This document shows, one piece after another, positions 1-10,280 of a stretch of DNA of 64,000 nt. The DNA is from a virus. Under the pieces are notes generated by a model. That model searched no databases. It was not told the origin of the DNA and saw only the letters and a program-made list of their open reading frames with translations. The DNA lies in IMG/VR virus record IMGVR_UViG_3300036766_000185, positions 32,182 to 96,181 of that record. One strand, 5' to 3'. A program made the translations under genes and the position numbers. How positions within the stretch are numbered: position 1 is the first letter of the stretch; every line of letters starts with the position of its first letter.

Positions 1-189
1 GTATTCGAGGGCTCCTACTAGCGCGTTGGCTGTGCAGGAACCAAGCTCTCCCTGATTCTCGACTGGCGAGCACCTATCTCTTATATCAACTTTCGTTGGG
101 AGTACGATAAGCTGCTGAGTTCTAATGATATGGCAAAACAGTTGATCTCTGTGATCTGGTAGATCGGGATGCCATCCGTACTTCTGCAT
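1..189 (-). CDS. Papain-family (C1A) cysteine peptidase, N-terminal part (runs off the window edge; not in the ORF track)
   Basis: Manual translation from the ATG at 189 gives MQKYGWHPDLPDHRD...LPTKVDIRDRCSPVENQGELGSCTANALVGALEY, with the C1A QG-x-x-GSC catalytic motif and the YGW-x-PD-x-PD-x-RD N-terminus of bacterial C1 peptidases. Confidence 0.85.
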   Translation of the reverse strand, partial: MQKYGWHPDLPDHRDQLFCHIIRTQQLIVLPTKVDIRDRCSPVENQGELGSCTANALVGALEY

Positions 190-191
190 AC

Positions 192-1970
192 TCATTTTTT
201 CTTGTACCAAGGAGGCGGGCTTTCCCCGTATCGAATCAACTTCTCAGCTTCATACTTAACAGGCTGTCTCATTGGATCCGTGGGAGGCTGAAAACTTCCA
301 GACCAGAACTTGAATTCTGACTTTCCATGCTCGATGCAGAGTCTTACGCATCCTGCGACTGCATCAGCAACGTCCTTTGATCCTTTATTGATGTTGTCCT
401 CGTAAAGCGCTCGATCGGGCGATACTACAGGGTGATCAACCTTCTTTCCGTCTATCAACTGTAGTTCACAAAGCTCTCGTACTAACGTCTTATGAAAGTA
501 ACACTCAAAGATTCCTTCGTTAATTGTTCTCTTGAGGGTGTCGTACGCTTTCAGATCCTTATCTACAGACTGCTCCTGCGCGTTAACTCCTGCACGTCTT
601 AACTGTTGAATTGAGTCAATTGACTGCCACCCATCATAGGTGACCATTTGTATTGGGAATTTCTCAATTCTTCTAAGACGCTCGATAAAGGCTCTCACCT
701 CTTCGAACATAATCTCACCGCCAGGAGGAGCTTTTAGCTGCAAAACTAAGTCAATGATTGCGCCGACTTTCTTAATACCCTGCTGCAATCTAATTGCTTC
801 TTCTGTCAACCCTGTTTCTTGAGAAAGAGCTTTAATGAAGTCATCTGGCATCTTCACCATCATGCCGCGCTTGAAGTGCCCTAAGGCGAGTCCACACGCG
901 TCGTTACCCTTACCACCCTTGGCAAGATCTACGTGCATGTAGTATGAAGCTGCTATTTCTGGCTTGAAAAAATCTTTAAATGCGAGTGTTCTAAGATCTA
1001 TAACGTTCGTTTTATCTTCTATAACGGGATTTATCCGATTACTAGAATTAATAACCTGTGAAATTCTTGTTCTATAGGGAAAGTATCCACCCTCGGAGGT
1101 ATCTCCTTTACACTCGTAAATACGTTCAGCGGTCTGCGCGTCTGCTATGTAATCACTTACGAAGTCCTCTTTAGTTCTTCGCGGATTCACATCCCAGGTG
1201 GCGTAGGGTCCGCTTCTGAAAGTAGACGGCTCAAACTCAGCCTGCTTAAACCGCGTTATCATAAAGTCTGTGTCGGCTCTTTTATACGACAACAGAAGGA
1301 TTTTCATATGTTTCGGAAAGCGGGAGCGAGCCGTAGTCTTTAATGCGTCATACAAATCTTTGGCCTTTGTAACTTCAAATCCTGCGATTTCATCGTAAAT
1401 GATTAGCAGAAGATTCAACCCTTCACCTGTGTACTCTTTACTATCTAATGAATAAGCCGTTATGTTCTTGGGGAACTCAATGTCGCGCTTGTGTATGTCT
1501 TTCTTCGAGTTAAGTCCTCTTTCGTAGAACCAATTCTTTTTCGTTTTAGGATTGATCGTTTTCTTGACTAAATTAACAAAGTATTTGAAGAATACTGCCT
1601 TGGCTAGCTTAGCGTTAATACACACGTTGCCCACTTCAATTTTATCACCTGTTCCGCCCAGTCCAAGCATCTTGTAAGGATCTTTCATGCACAGCAGCTT
1701 ATACACTACATACAACATAATCTTTGCTGCTGTCTTATCTTTCCCTGAACCCTTTCCCCAGAGAGCGATTCCCTCCTGAAACTTATCATCCCAGACGAGA
1801 GGATCCTCACCAATACACGCATCGACGAATTCCTGCTGTTTTGGAAACAGCGGCTCATCTATGAACTTGTCAAAGAACTCTCGTGGACTTACTGGAATCT
1901 CTTCCCAGTCGCCCACTGACTCTGGCGAAGCGGAAAGGCTATCACTATAATTAAGCTTTACTAGCTTCAT
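192..1970 (-). CDS. terL: Terminase large subunit
   Basis: Walker A-like WGKGSGKDK, Walker B IIYDEIAG, C-terminal RNase H-like nuclease (HVDLA...YDGWQS...KKVDHP...SKDVADAVAG). Confidence 0.9.
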   Translation of the reverse strand: MKLVKLNYSDSLSASPESVGDWEEIPVSPREFFDKFIDEPLFPKQQEFVDACIGEDPLVWDDKFQEGIALWGKGSGKDKTAAKIMLYVVYKLLCMKDPYKMLGLGGTGDKIEVGNVCINAKLAKAVFFKYFVNLVKKTINPKTKKNWFYERGLNSKKDIHKRDIEFPKNITAYSLDSKEYTGEGLNLLLIIYDEIAGFEVTKAKDLYDALKTTARSRFPKHMKILLLSYKRADTDFMITRFKQAEFEPSTFRSGPYATWDVNPRRTKEDFVSDYIADAQTAERIYECKGDTSEGGYFPYRTRISQVINSSNRINPVIEDKTNVIDLRTLAFKDFFKPEIAASYYMHVDLAKGGKGNDACGLALGHFKRGMMVKMPDDFIKALSQETGLTEEAIRLQQGIKKVGAIIDLVLQLKAPPGGEIMFEEVRAFIERLRRIEKFPIQMVTYDGWQSIDSIQQLRRAGVNAQEQSVDKDLKAYDTLKRTINEGIFECYFHKTLVRELCELQLIDGKKVDHPVVSPDRALYEDNINKGSKDVADAVAGCVRLCIEHGKSEFKFWSGSFQPPTDPMRQPVKYEAEKLIRYGESPPPWYKKK

Positions 1971-2520
1971 CTTTTGCGACTAAGGAGTCGAGCCAGTCTG
2001 CGAAGTCATGCTCAACCGCCAGTCGTGCGTTAGCGTCCACCACGTGTTTCTCAAACAACTCTCTCAGCTTTTCCCAGACCATTCCTGTATTTAAAATTTG
2101 ATGAAGCTTGATTTCTATATTTACTCTAGTCAGAATGAGCGAGGCTTTAGTCTCTTTGAGCTTTCTTATATCTTCGACTGCTCCCAAAGGGTCCATCGCT
2201 TCTATCATATCTATTAGAGCGCCCAACTTAATAATTTCGTCATCTAATTCAGTGATATTTCTTCGATTCTTAGCTAGATCTGCTGATCTCTCTTCTAACT
2301 CCCTGGCCATAGCCCATCGAATATCGTCGGGGATCATCGAAGCTTTTCGATAAGCTGCCCTACGTCCTGTGATATCATGAAGCGCACATCTACGCTTCTC
2401 TTCTACTGGCTTGTCGCAGTATTTCTCTTCTTGATTTATCCAGACGCGAGCGTTACACGTCTCAGTCGCTTCTTTGGGAGGACTTATAAACTCTCGATAT
2501 GCTGAGACAGGAAGAGTCAT
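1951..2520 (-). CDS. Putative terminase small subunit
   Basis: Overlaps the terL start; N-terminal C..C..C..H cluster followed by helical/coiled-coil region. Assignment is mainly positional. Confidence 0.5.
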   Translation of the reverse strand: MTLPVSAYREFISPPKEATETCNARVWINQEEKYCDKPVEEKRRCALHDITGRRAAYRKASMIPDDIRWAMARELEERSADLAKNRRNITELDDEIIKLGALIDMIEAMDPLGAVEDIRKLKETKASLILTRVNIEIKLHQILNTGMVWEKLRELFEKHVVDANARLAVEHDFADWLDSLVAKDEASKA

Positions 2521-2640
2521 TATCGTTTCGTCTTCCTCTTAATCAGTTTTCTTAACTTTCGAATCTGTTTATCCCACTTATTTATAATACTTGTTAGCGT
2601 TACTTCCCTGCCATTCTTCCACTTAGGTCGGGTGTACATT

Positions 2641-2934
2641 TTATATTCTAATCCCTTCAGCATCCGCCGTCTGTCTGACTGTTTCCATCGTGTAACTTAA
2701 CCCAAGTCGAAAGATCACTTCCACCCACTTCTGATCTGAGATTTTATCTCCAGCGAAGATCTTGGAGACTTCATAGTTGATCGCTGGCTGCCCTTGAAGC
2801 TGAAGATCGAGAATGATTTTTACTAATTCCCCGTCTCGACCAAAAGGCGAGGACTGTATTCTATTGACTATTTGGTTTACTTTATTCTGCACTTCAATTC
2901 GATCAGCTTCTTGCATGATATCACCTAGGAACAT
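2641..2934 (-). CDS. Hypothetical protein
   Basis: ORF in the co-oriented gene run. Confidence 0.55.
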   Translation of the reverse strand: MFLGDIMQEADRIEVQNKVNQIVNRIQSSPFGRDGELVKIILDLQLQGQPAINYEVSKIFAGDKISDQKWVEVIFRLGLSYTMETVRQTADAEGIRI

Positions 2935-2954
2935 TCTCTCACAAATATGCGGGC

Positions 2955-3458
2955 TTACAACTCTTCTGACTGATGCTGCTGAACACTTTCCTTCGCTAGC
3001 TCTGCAACACGCTTTCTGATGTATAGCTTGAGCTTCTTCTTAGCGGATTTCAGATATTTGGCGATCATCTGCTGCGATATTTTATCGCGCTTTCCAACCC
3101 ACTCAGGAACATCTCCAATAGCTTCTTTAGCTATTACCGCTTGTGTTTGAGATTCCGTCCCATACAACCCGTAGTATCTTCGTAGCACAGATTGCTCTAC
3201 TGAGTTGAGAGTTGGTATCGCTTCTGCTAGCGCCTTGAGATATATCTGCATCTTTGGACTAAGCGGCATCTTCATATAATCTTCAGGAAGCCCTATCCAC
3301 GCGGCTACCAACTCTAACTTAGCAGGATTCATTAGAGTTTCCCAGCGTGGACGCTTCCAGGGCTTGCCGCCCATTGTCTCATCGAGGTATTTGTCCCAAG
3401 CTTTTTGTAACTGTTTGGGCGGGAGGCTATCTGAGGGTCTTTTAGGAGGGGTCTTCAT
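2955..3458 (-). CDS. Sigma-70 region 4-like HTH protein
   Basis: LNSVEQSVLRRYYGL...TQAVIAKE...ISQQMIAKYLKSAKKKLK resembles sigma region 4, with an insertion in the turn. Confidence 0.6.
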   Translation of the reverse strand: MKTPPKRPSDSLPPKQLQKAWDKYLDETMGGKPWKRPRWETLMNPAKLELVAAWIGLPEDYMKMPLSPKMQIYLKALAEAIPTLNSVEQSVLRRYYGLYGTESQTQAVIAKEAIGDVPEWVGKRDKISQQMIAKYLKSAKKKLKLYIRKRVAELAKESVQQHQSEEL

Positions 3459-3499
3459 CGTGCTCTTTCACTAACCAGTAACTATCTACTAGTTTGATT

Positions 3500-4888
3500 T
3501 CACATATCTTCGTCGTCTAGAAAGTCATGGAAACTACGAAGCCCCCGCTTTCCTGCATCGGAAGCTGCGCCGAATCCAGCAGGTGTTATCTTCTTCGCTG
3601 CCACTAGCTCAAGGTTGTTTATAAAATGCTTGCTTTTAAGAATGATCTTGTAGTTCTTATCAAGCGATTTCTCTTCTACTGCGGTCAGCACGGCTGAGTT
3701 CACCAATTCTTTGATATGTGCTCCGGTCATACCATCGGTCTTTTCACCAAGAGTCTTCATAAATTCGGCTTTCTTCTCTCCTGCTAGCCCAGCGAATAAG
3801 AAGTCTTTAGTGTACATATCTAGCATTTTCATTCGGCATTCTGCATCTGGAATCGGAACTTCGAGCACTCGATCGAATCTGCCTGGGCGATTTCTGATGG
3901 CAGTTTCAACCTCTTCAACCCGATTGGTAGTGGCGATTGTTACAACAAACTCGTTGCTAACAATCCCGTCGAGTTGGTTCATCAGTTCTCCTAAAACCTC
4001 GCCACGCGCTCGTTCTCGATGAGCACCATAGAGATCAATGTCCTCTAGAAACAGCACAGTGGGAGCCAATTCTCTGGCCATTTCACAAATTGCCTTCACG
4101 GCTCTAGCGCCCGCCTCAATGTGACCAGGAGTAACCCAAATAAAAGTAACGTCCTTGAGATTACTGCACAAGATCTTTCCAGTAAGAGTTTTTCCAGTCC
4201 CAGGCGGTCCTGCGAGAATTAGCCCCCGTTTAAAGCTTATGTTATTTTTCTCGTAGACCACGACGCTTTCTAACAACAGATTGACATTCTTAACAATTTC
4301 CTGTTTAATGTTGGTCGGTAGAGCGATATCATCCCAGGTGTATGCTCTTTCTAGCTTTATGTGCGTCAGTTCTGGGGTAATTTTCTTCCCTCTGAATATG
4401 TTATGAACTTGAACATACTCTTTGAGATCAGCTTGAAACTTCAAAGCTTTTGCTTTGTCCTCTGACAGATAGTACATTCGATATTTTGACATTTCTGGAG
4501 TCCAATTAGCCCACTCTACGGCAAGCTTCATATCGGGGCTTGATAGAAAGAGAATACCGTCATTTGGACCTTGCACAAAAACTTCTGGATCTGTTTCTAC
4601 CTCTTGATATTCGAAAGGATACTGATAGTCACCTTCTATATTAATAGCTTGCACGATCTTATATTTAGTCTTATTCAGATACTGCATAAATAGGGCTGAT
4701 CGAATTGCGTGTTGAATCGCAGAAAGATTCTCGGTGGTGTTACTAATTTGAGATAAATCTGCCTCAAAGAAGTCAGACAATAACTCAGACTTTAATCCTT
4801 GTTGTCTTTTAAATTTCTTTCCTAGCTTAATAACATCACCGAAGGTGATTTCGGAAATTTTCTTGTCTAGCGGGAGCTTATCTTCCAT
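3500..4888 (-). CDS. AAA+ ATPase (classical clade, no protease domain)
   Basis: Walker A GPPGTGKT, Walker B LFLEDID, second region of homology TTNR...AIRNRPGRFDR. Confidence 0.9.
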   Translation of the reverse strand: MEDKLPLDKKISEITFGDVIKLGKKFKRQQGLKSELLSDFFEADLSQISNTTENLSAIQHAIRSALFMQYLNKTKYKIVQAINIEGDYQYPFEYQEVETDPEVFVQGPNDGILFLSSPDMKLAVEWANWTPEMSKYRMYYLSEDKAKALKFQADLKEYVQVHNIFRGKKITPELTHIKLERAYTWDDIALPTNIKQEIVKNVNLLLESVVVYEKNNISFKRGLILAGPPGTGKTLTGKILCSNLKDVTFIWVTPGHIEAGARAVKAICEMARELAPTVLFLEDIDLYGAHRERARGEVLGELMNQLDGIVSNEFVVTIATTNRVEEVETAIRNRPGRFDRVLEVPIPDAECRMKMLDMYTKDFLFAGLAGEKKAEFMKTLGEKTDGMTGAHIKELVNSAVLTAVEEKSLDKNYKIILKSKHFINNLELVAAKKITPAGFGAASDAGKRGLRSFHDFLDDEDM

Positions 4889-5306
4889 GTCTCGATCTCC
4901 ATTTATTTTTCATTTTAGACAGAACTATAAGAGTCCCAAGAATCAATAACACACAAGAAATTGCTGGCATCATCAATCCGTGCCCAACAGTTAGTCCTAC
5001 GATGGCCACTCCCCAGAGGCTCGCCGCGGTTGTTAGCCCTTTCACCGAGGCTCTATTTCGCATAATCGTACCAGCACCAAGGAAGCCTATGCCACTCACC
5101 ACCTGTGCAGAAATTCTGCTAACATCCGCCCCAGAATAAATACTGTGCAAGTGAACATCAACGATAGCAGCCAAACAAGCACCAAGACCAACAAGGATGT
5201 GTGTTCTAAGCCCAGCGCCACGTCGTTGCAATTCTCGCTCATAGCCTATTAGGGCCGACAGAATCAACGACAAACTCAGTTTCTCTATCGGTAGAAGATC
5301 AATCAT
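4878..5306 (-). CDS. mgtC: MgtC/SapB family membrane protein (N-terminal domain only)
   Basis: IGYERE...AGLRTHILVGLGA...RISAQVVSGIGFLGAG...GLTTAASLW signature. Confidence 0.92.
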   Translation of the reverse strand: MIDLLPIEKLSLSLILSALIGYERELQRRGAGLRTHILVGLGACLAAIVDVHLHSIYSGADVSRISAQVVSGIGFLGAGTIMRNRASVKGLTTAASLWGVAIVGLTVGHGLMMPAISCVLLILGTLIVLSKMKNKWRSRHGR

Positions 5307-6105
5307 TGGGAATTTCGCCTGTATCCTCGTAATCCTCTAAGGCTTCATCCTGAAGTCTTCTCTTGTTATATTCGTTCAGGTCTGGATCCTTATCGAGCAC
5401 GATCTTCTCTGTGGGTTTTCGAGTCCACGTTTTTCTAATTTTAATTCTATCAGACTTTTTCTTTTCCATCAGACTTACTTCTTTTTATCGCCCTTCAAAT
5501 AATCTAGCTGATCCTTAGTTAATTTTTCTGAACCCTCGAAAACTCGATGCAATTCTGCAACAACTCCTTTTAAATTGGAGCAGTAATGTGAGCTTTTTGT
5601 TGCGCGATTTGTATCAGAGAATAACGCGAAGCCATTGTCAAGACGTACAATTTGTACAATCTCATCCTTAGATGTTAATTCAGACATTTGTGTTTACTCC
5701 CATTTTCCATGAGTGAGCAGATTTCTTAGTCTCAACATTGGAAGCGCAGCATATAAATACACCGCCTGAAGCCAGTGTCTACGTTTAATGTTGAGAGCCT
5801 TGTCAAGTAAAAAGTCCCCAGCCCAACCTATTCTAAATCCCAGCTTCTGTCGATAAGTCAAGCTAGTCCAGACTTGACTTCCTACTAGATTTCTCATTTT
5901 TCAAAGCTTCGTTCGAGAGACTTCTTGCTACCAGGGCGAATCTGATCTATTACTTGTACCCATCGTCTAACAATGTCTTCGATGTATTTTAGACGTACTC
6001 TGTTACCTCCTTCGAAGTCTGCATTCAAAGCACCATACAATTCCAACATATAGAAGAAACTAACCGACTCGATTCGCTCTTTCTGAAGCTTGGAAACTTT
6101 ATTCA

Positions 6106-7077
6106 TTATTTCTCCTTTTCTTCTACCGAAAGTGCTTCGGTCGTTATTGTATATCGACTTGTCATCGTCCCCAGAATCGTAGACGCTTCACTAATCGGCA
6201 CAGCGAAATTGATACCTGCGTTGCTCCCTGAGGACGATACCATTGAATTAATAACGGCAATCAGTCTACCGTTCATATCGACAACTGCACCGCCGCTGGA
6301 CCCAGGATTCGCCATCGCGTCAAACTGCACCATGTGCTCTACGTATGCTTTCTGAGGACCGCCAAACAGAAGTTCTAACGCCCCTCCTGCATGAACGATT
6401 TCAAAGGCCTTAATAGACTTATCTTCTTTATCTTCTTCACTTTTTTCTTTCTTACCGCCTGGCTCCTCAATAACACGCTCTACTGCACTTACAATTCCCT
6501 GCGCTACAGACGCGGTAAACCCGTTCACGACATGATGCGCAGGAAAACCAAACGTCATGATCTTTTGTCCAACCTCTACTGCCGACCCCAATTCTAGAGC
6601 AACCAAGTCATGCTGCACCAGAACGAGAGCGGCATCTGGCTGAACACGTTCCAGTTGCTCAGTTGTAACTTTGAGCAGCGCTAGATCTCGTTGTGCATCT
6701 GCAACGTAGTATCCAGCTGCAAAAACTCGTCCATCTATCGTCTTTATAAATACATGAGCCGCATCTGCGACATTATGCTTCGCGGTAAGGACATACCCAT
6801 CAGATCTAACAACAACACCCGTTCCAACTGTTTCAACCTTTGAATCTCCTGGCAGCGCAATTCCTATCTGCACGATAGCTGGAAGAACTTTCTTTGCTAC
6901 CACCTCTGACTCATCAGAGTTTCGACTGGACAACCCGATGACTAGAAAGGAGAAAGCTCCAAGCAGAACTGTTAGAGTCATACCCCACTTTATAAGAGTT
7001 GAAACACCAGCTTTGAACGTCATATCAGTTAATCCTCCCGATTTCAAGCATCTTAGTTGTATCCCAGGAATACACAC
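6106..7077 (-). CDS. Membrane-anchored trypsin-like (S1, HtrA-type) serine protease without PDZ; true start probably near 7023
   Basis: N-terminal hydrophobic segment; catalytic triad motifs VLTAKH, DLALLKV, NPGSSGG. Confidence 0.88.
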   Translation of the reverse strand: MCIPGIQLRCLKSGGLTDMTFKAGVSTLIKWGMTLTVLLGAFSFLVIGLSSRNSDESEVVAKKVLPAIVQIGIALPGDSKVETVGTGVVVRSDGYVLTAKHNVADAAHVFIKTIDGRVFAAGYYVADAQRDLALLKVTTEQLERVQPDAALVLVQHDLVALELGSAVEVGQKIMTFGFPAHHVVNGFTASVAQGIVSAVERVIEEPGGKKEKSEEDKEDKSIKAFEIVHAGGALELLFGGPQKAYVEHMVQFDAMANPGSSGGAVVDMNGRLIAVINSMVSSSGSNAGINFAVPISEASTILGTMTSRYTITTEALSVEEKEK

Positions 7078-7669
7078 AATAAAACAGCATATTAGAATAG
7101 CAGCGATGTATCATTTGTCTAATAGATGCAGTGGAAAAAGCGTCGTCTGACATTTCCCATTGTCCATTAACATCAATCAAATAGGTCATCTTCTTCTCAG
7201 GATTGTAATAGATAGAAACGGCATGACCGTTTTTCTTATCTGTACCCGCCATCGTAACAAAATAAGCTTGCTTATATCCTTTTATGTGCATCATATAGGC
7301 AGCGAGTCGAGCATAGTCATCGCAGTCTCCGCTCATATTGGCAAAAGCTACTACGGGAAGATCGGCTACGTCCCACAAGTATGAGTCTGATCTATAAATC
7401 CAATTTTCAAAGGTGAATGCGATAAGAAAGTCAAGATCGTACGTCTCAATAGCTTGATTGAACTGTTTTTGAAGAGGTCTATCGAGCGCTGTTAGAAGGT
7501 TTATTGGGAGGTGATCGTTGATGAAGTATTGAATCTTGTGAACGATCTCTGAGGCGTGAAAAACAGAAAGCGTAGACTTTTTAGCCCAGAAATAGACGAA
7601 TATATCGAACGACAAGCTAATAGCGAGGGAAACTAAAATCACCTTTAGATATCTTGATCGTCTTTGCAT
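7025..7669 (-). CDS. Transglutaminase-like cysteine peptidase with N-terminal membrane anchor
   Basis: GDCDDYA...GHAV...IDVN Cys-His-Asp triad pattern. Confidence 0.75.
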   Translation of the reverse strand: MQRRSRYLKVILVSLAISLSFDIFVYFWAKKSTLSVFHASEIVHKIQYFINDHLPINLLTALDRPLQKQFNQAIETYDLDFLIAFTFENWIYRSDSYLWDVADLPVVAFANMSGDCDDYARLAAYMMHIKGYKQAYFVTMAGTDKKNGHAVSIYYNPEKKMTYLIDVNGQWEMSDDAFSTASIRQMIHRCYSNMLFYCVYSWDTTKMLEIGRIN

Positions 7670-7940
7670 AATGTCTACTCTTTCGTTTATCTTTAGATAG
7701 GTGAACAGAGATCCAGGACCCCATCCCTGACCCTACAGCGTAGAAAAGTGCCACCCAGATATTATTGAGATTCTCTACAAGACTGCGCAACACGACGTAC
7801 CACACTAAAACGTAGATTGTTCCTGCTAGAAACGCCATCAATCCTCTGCCATGGGCTAGAGAGCGAGTATGCCAGCCATTAATGAAGTTTTCAGCTAGCC
7901 CAGCAACGAACAGCAGCGAAGCTACTCCCAAGAACGTCAT
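7617..7940 (-). CDS. Small multi-pass membrane protein (DUF5698/UPF0316-like)
   Basis: About three hydrophobic helices, YAVGSGMGSWI motif. Confidence 0.5.
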   Translation of the reverse strand: MTFLGVASLLFVAGLAENFINGWHTRSLAHGRGLMAFLAGTIYVLVWYVVLRSLVENLNNIWVALFYAVGSGMGSWISVHLSKDKRKSRHYAKTIKISKGDFSFPRY

Positions 7941-8488
7941 TGTACTTCTTGTCCTTCTACAGTCTTGTTTTCCTCAATCTTTACTTCGCGCTCTCCGTAC
8001 GTCTTTCCAAGAAAGTCAACTAGCTCTGTCCAGGAGCTAAAAATGCGCCCATGACGACGAATCACTCGCAGCAGCCAATAGCTCCATTCCTTCAACGGAG
8101 AGTAGCTTACAACGTACACAGGAATCCCTGTAACAATAACGGCGTGCCAAATCTCTGATATAGTCCCTGCTGACTGCTTACTGGGTTCATAATAAGCTAC
8201 TACCATATTGGCCTCTTCTACAAGCCTCTTGTCTCTGTCTATAAGTAAATCGACTAGATGATCGAAACGTTCCCAATTCTCTGCAGCTACGCACTCACTG
8301 ATCGTCTCTTTTACTGACTCCGGATTGCCTAACTCCTTAGCCTCATAGATTGTAGGATCAAGAGCAACTATGCCTAGCTTCTCTAGCAGCGGAGTTATTG
8401 TACGCCTCCAAGCTACCCCACCATCAGAGCTAGCCTGAATGCTGCCCGCTAGATAAGCTTTCATAGATGGAAGAGGCTCAGGAGCCAT
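7937..8488 (-). CDS. Nucleoside 2-deoxyribosyltransferase-like / nucleotide N-glycosidase
   Basis: YLAGSI...WR...LDP...D...SAGTISE pattern of the NDT superfamily. Confidence 0.75.
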   Translation of the reverse strand: MAPEPLPSMKAYLAGSIQASSDGGVAWRRTITPLLEKLGIVALDPTIYEAKELGNPESVKETISECVAAENWERFDHLVDLLIDRDKRLVEEANMVVAYYEPSKQSAGTISEIWHAVIVTGIPVYVVSYSPLKEWSYWLLRVIRRHGRIFSSWTELVDFLGKTYGEREVKIEENKTVEGQEVQ

Positions 8489-8701
8489 TTACTTATCACT
8501 CTCCCTCGTAGTAGGTTGCGCTGACTGCCCTGGTTGATCATGATGCCCGTACCATCTAGACCTAGCCCTAACAGCGATACCAAAGAGAATCAGACAACCC
8601 GATAGATACTGTGCAAGTATGAAATCAGGTGTATCAGAACCATTCTCCTGACTATACTTGTTGATTAGGGCTTCTAGTTCTTTCGCAAAGGTAGCAGTCA
8701 T
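8489..8701 (-). CDS. Phage hypothetical protein
   Basis: Tightly packed ORF; ELEALINKYSQENGSDTPDFILAQYL motif recurs in phage hypotheticals. Confidence 0.6.
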   Translation of the reverse strand: MTATFAKELEALINKYSQENGSDTPDFILAQYLSGCLILFGIAVRARSRWYGHHDQPGQSAQPTTRESDK

Positions 8702-8915
8702 TTGCCAGCAAACCTCTCGAACAAACTCTTACTAACCCCAGCCGCGTTTATCCAAGAAATGTTACTCTCGCTATACACATCAACAATAAACGCGCCCTGC
8801 CCATCCTCATGGCTCAATGATAATCCATGCTGTTTACAAAGCGAAGTTAGCTCAGTCATAAATAGCTCAACTGCCCCGATTTGAGCATCTATACTTAGTT
8901 CATGTACCCATCGTT

Positions 8916-9431
8916 TCATTCAAATATGTCTCCATTTGCGTCTGCAGCATCTTGCTCATAAGGCGCTATACGACGCCTGTAATACTCAAATGCGACACAA
9001 CGAATCATACCGTAAGCGTCATATCTACGATTCTCATCAATAGACGTTTCGCGCAGCGCAGTCTCTAGCACCCCAATAGCATTGTTGTAGTCGCTATATT
9101 TGCTATTTTCTTTAGAATACAAAGCATTAATAATCGTACAAATCGTATAATTCAGAGTGCCATTCAGCTTCTCTTGTAAAGCGGGATTCTGCTTAATCGT
9201 CTCAATAAGAGGAAACAATTTTTTATCTACCATTTGACGCTTCTCATCATCTACTGGAGGATAGACCTCGTTCTCTCTCTTACTATAAAACGCAGACAGA
9301 AGACGACGCACCACATGATAAAATGTGTCATCCCTGGTACTCATAAGGTGAAAATTCCACCCCAACCACTCCACCAGATCGGTTAGTGGTGTCTCAAGCC
9401 AGGCTCTGTGAGTACCCGAAATGTACGGCAT
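8916..9431 (-). CDS. Conserved phage protein (DUF6899-like)
   Basis: MPYI...GTLNYTI...YNNAIGVLE...EYYRRRIAPYE..NGDI motif set. Confidence 0.6.
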   Translation of the reverse strand: MPYISGTHRAWLETPLTDLVEWLGWNFHLMSTRDDTFYHVVRRLLSAFYSKRENEVYPPVDDEKRQMVDKKLFPLIETIKQNPALQEKLNGTLNYTICTIINALYSKENSKYSDYNNAIGVLETALRETSIDENRRYDAYGMIRCVAFEYYRRRIAPYEQDAADANGDIFE

Positions 9432-10280
9432 TAAAGATTCTCAACTCCCTCAATCTTACCACCTTCTTCATTCTCTCGCTCTTGTTTGTCTCGACAATCA
9501 TCACATACATCGTCCTCACTAGTAATGTCTTTATATTCCTCTAGCAGATCGTCCAAGCTAGACTCGAACAATCGCCAGATATGAAAGTCTAAGATCTGCT
9601 TGATCATTTCATCGCGAGATTCCATCAATTCCTCTCCTGCTTCATAAATGCGATTTCACCTTTTAGATTCTTCTGCTCATTTAGCGTATACATAGCGACT
9701 CGCTCTAAAGTCTGAACTCGATCTAAGAGACCTAGCTTTTCTGCTTCTGAGATTGCTGCGCTATGCATAAGACTCTTGATCTGCACAAGCTCTTCTCTCA
9801 CTATACGTCTCGTAAGAATGCCATTAAGACCAATTGATAGACCGACCGATGAAAGAATAGCAAATATCGCGCTAACACTAATCGTCAAATTTGCAGTAGT
9901 TCGCGCTTCCATTTTTGGCTTTCTCTTATTTTATCAAAACGATGGCCTCACAGTTGGTTCCTAATGCCTTCATGCGCTCTTCGTGTTGTCTGGTCAGATC
10001 TCTGTCCATCGCGATGATGAGAAGTACCACACCAATTAGAACGCTCACAGTTACACAGTATTCGGTTTTCATCACCCTCTCCTCAGCAGCGCTTTTATCA
10101 GTCGCTTCTGTCGCTCGCTTTTCTGCGTTCGCCGGAGAGCATCCCAAAGCGCTACATTACACACGAGTCTTTCGCTTGCTACACCTTTTGCATTCTCGCG
10201 CTGAAAGCGCACCATCCCATATCCTTCATCTACGCCGTAGTCGTTACGGTGAACTTCCTGAGGGATAAGCACTAACTTGT

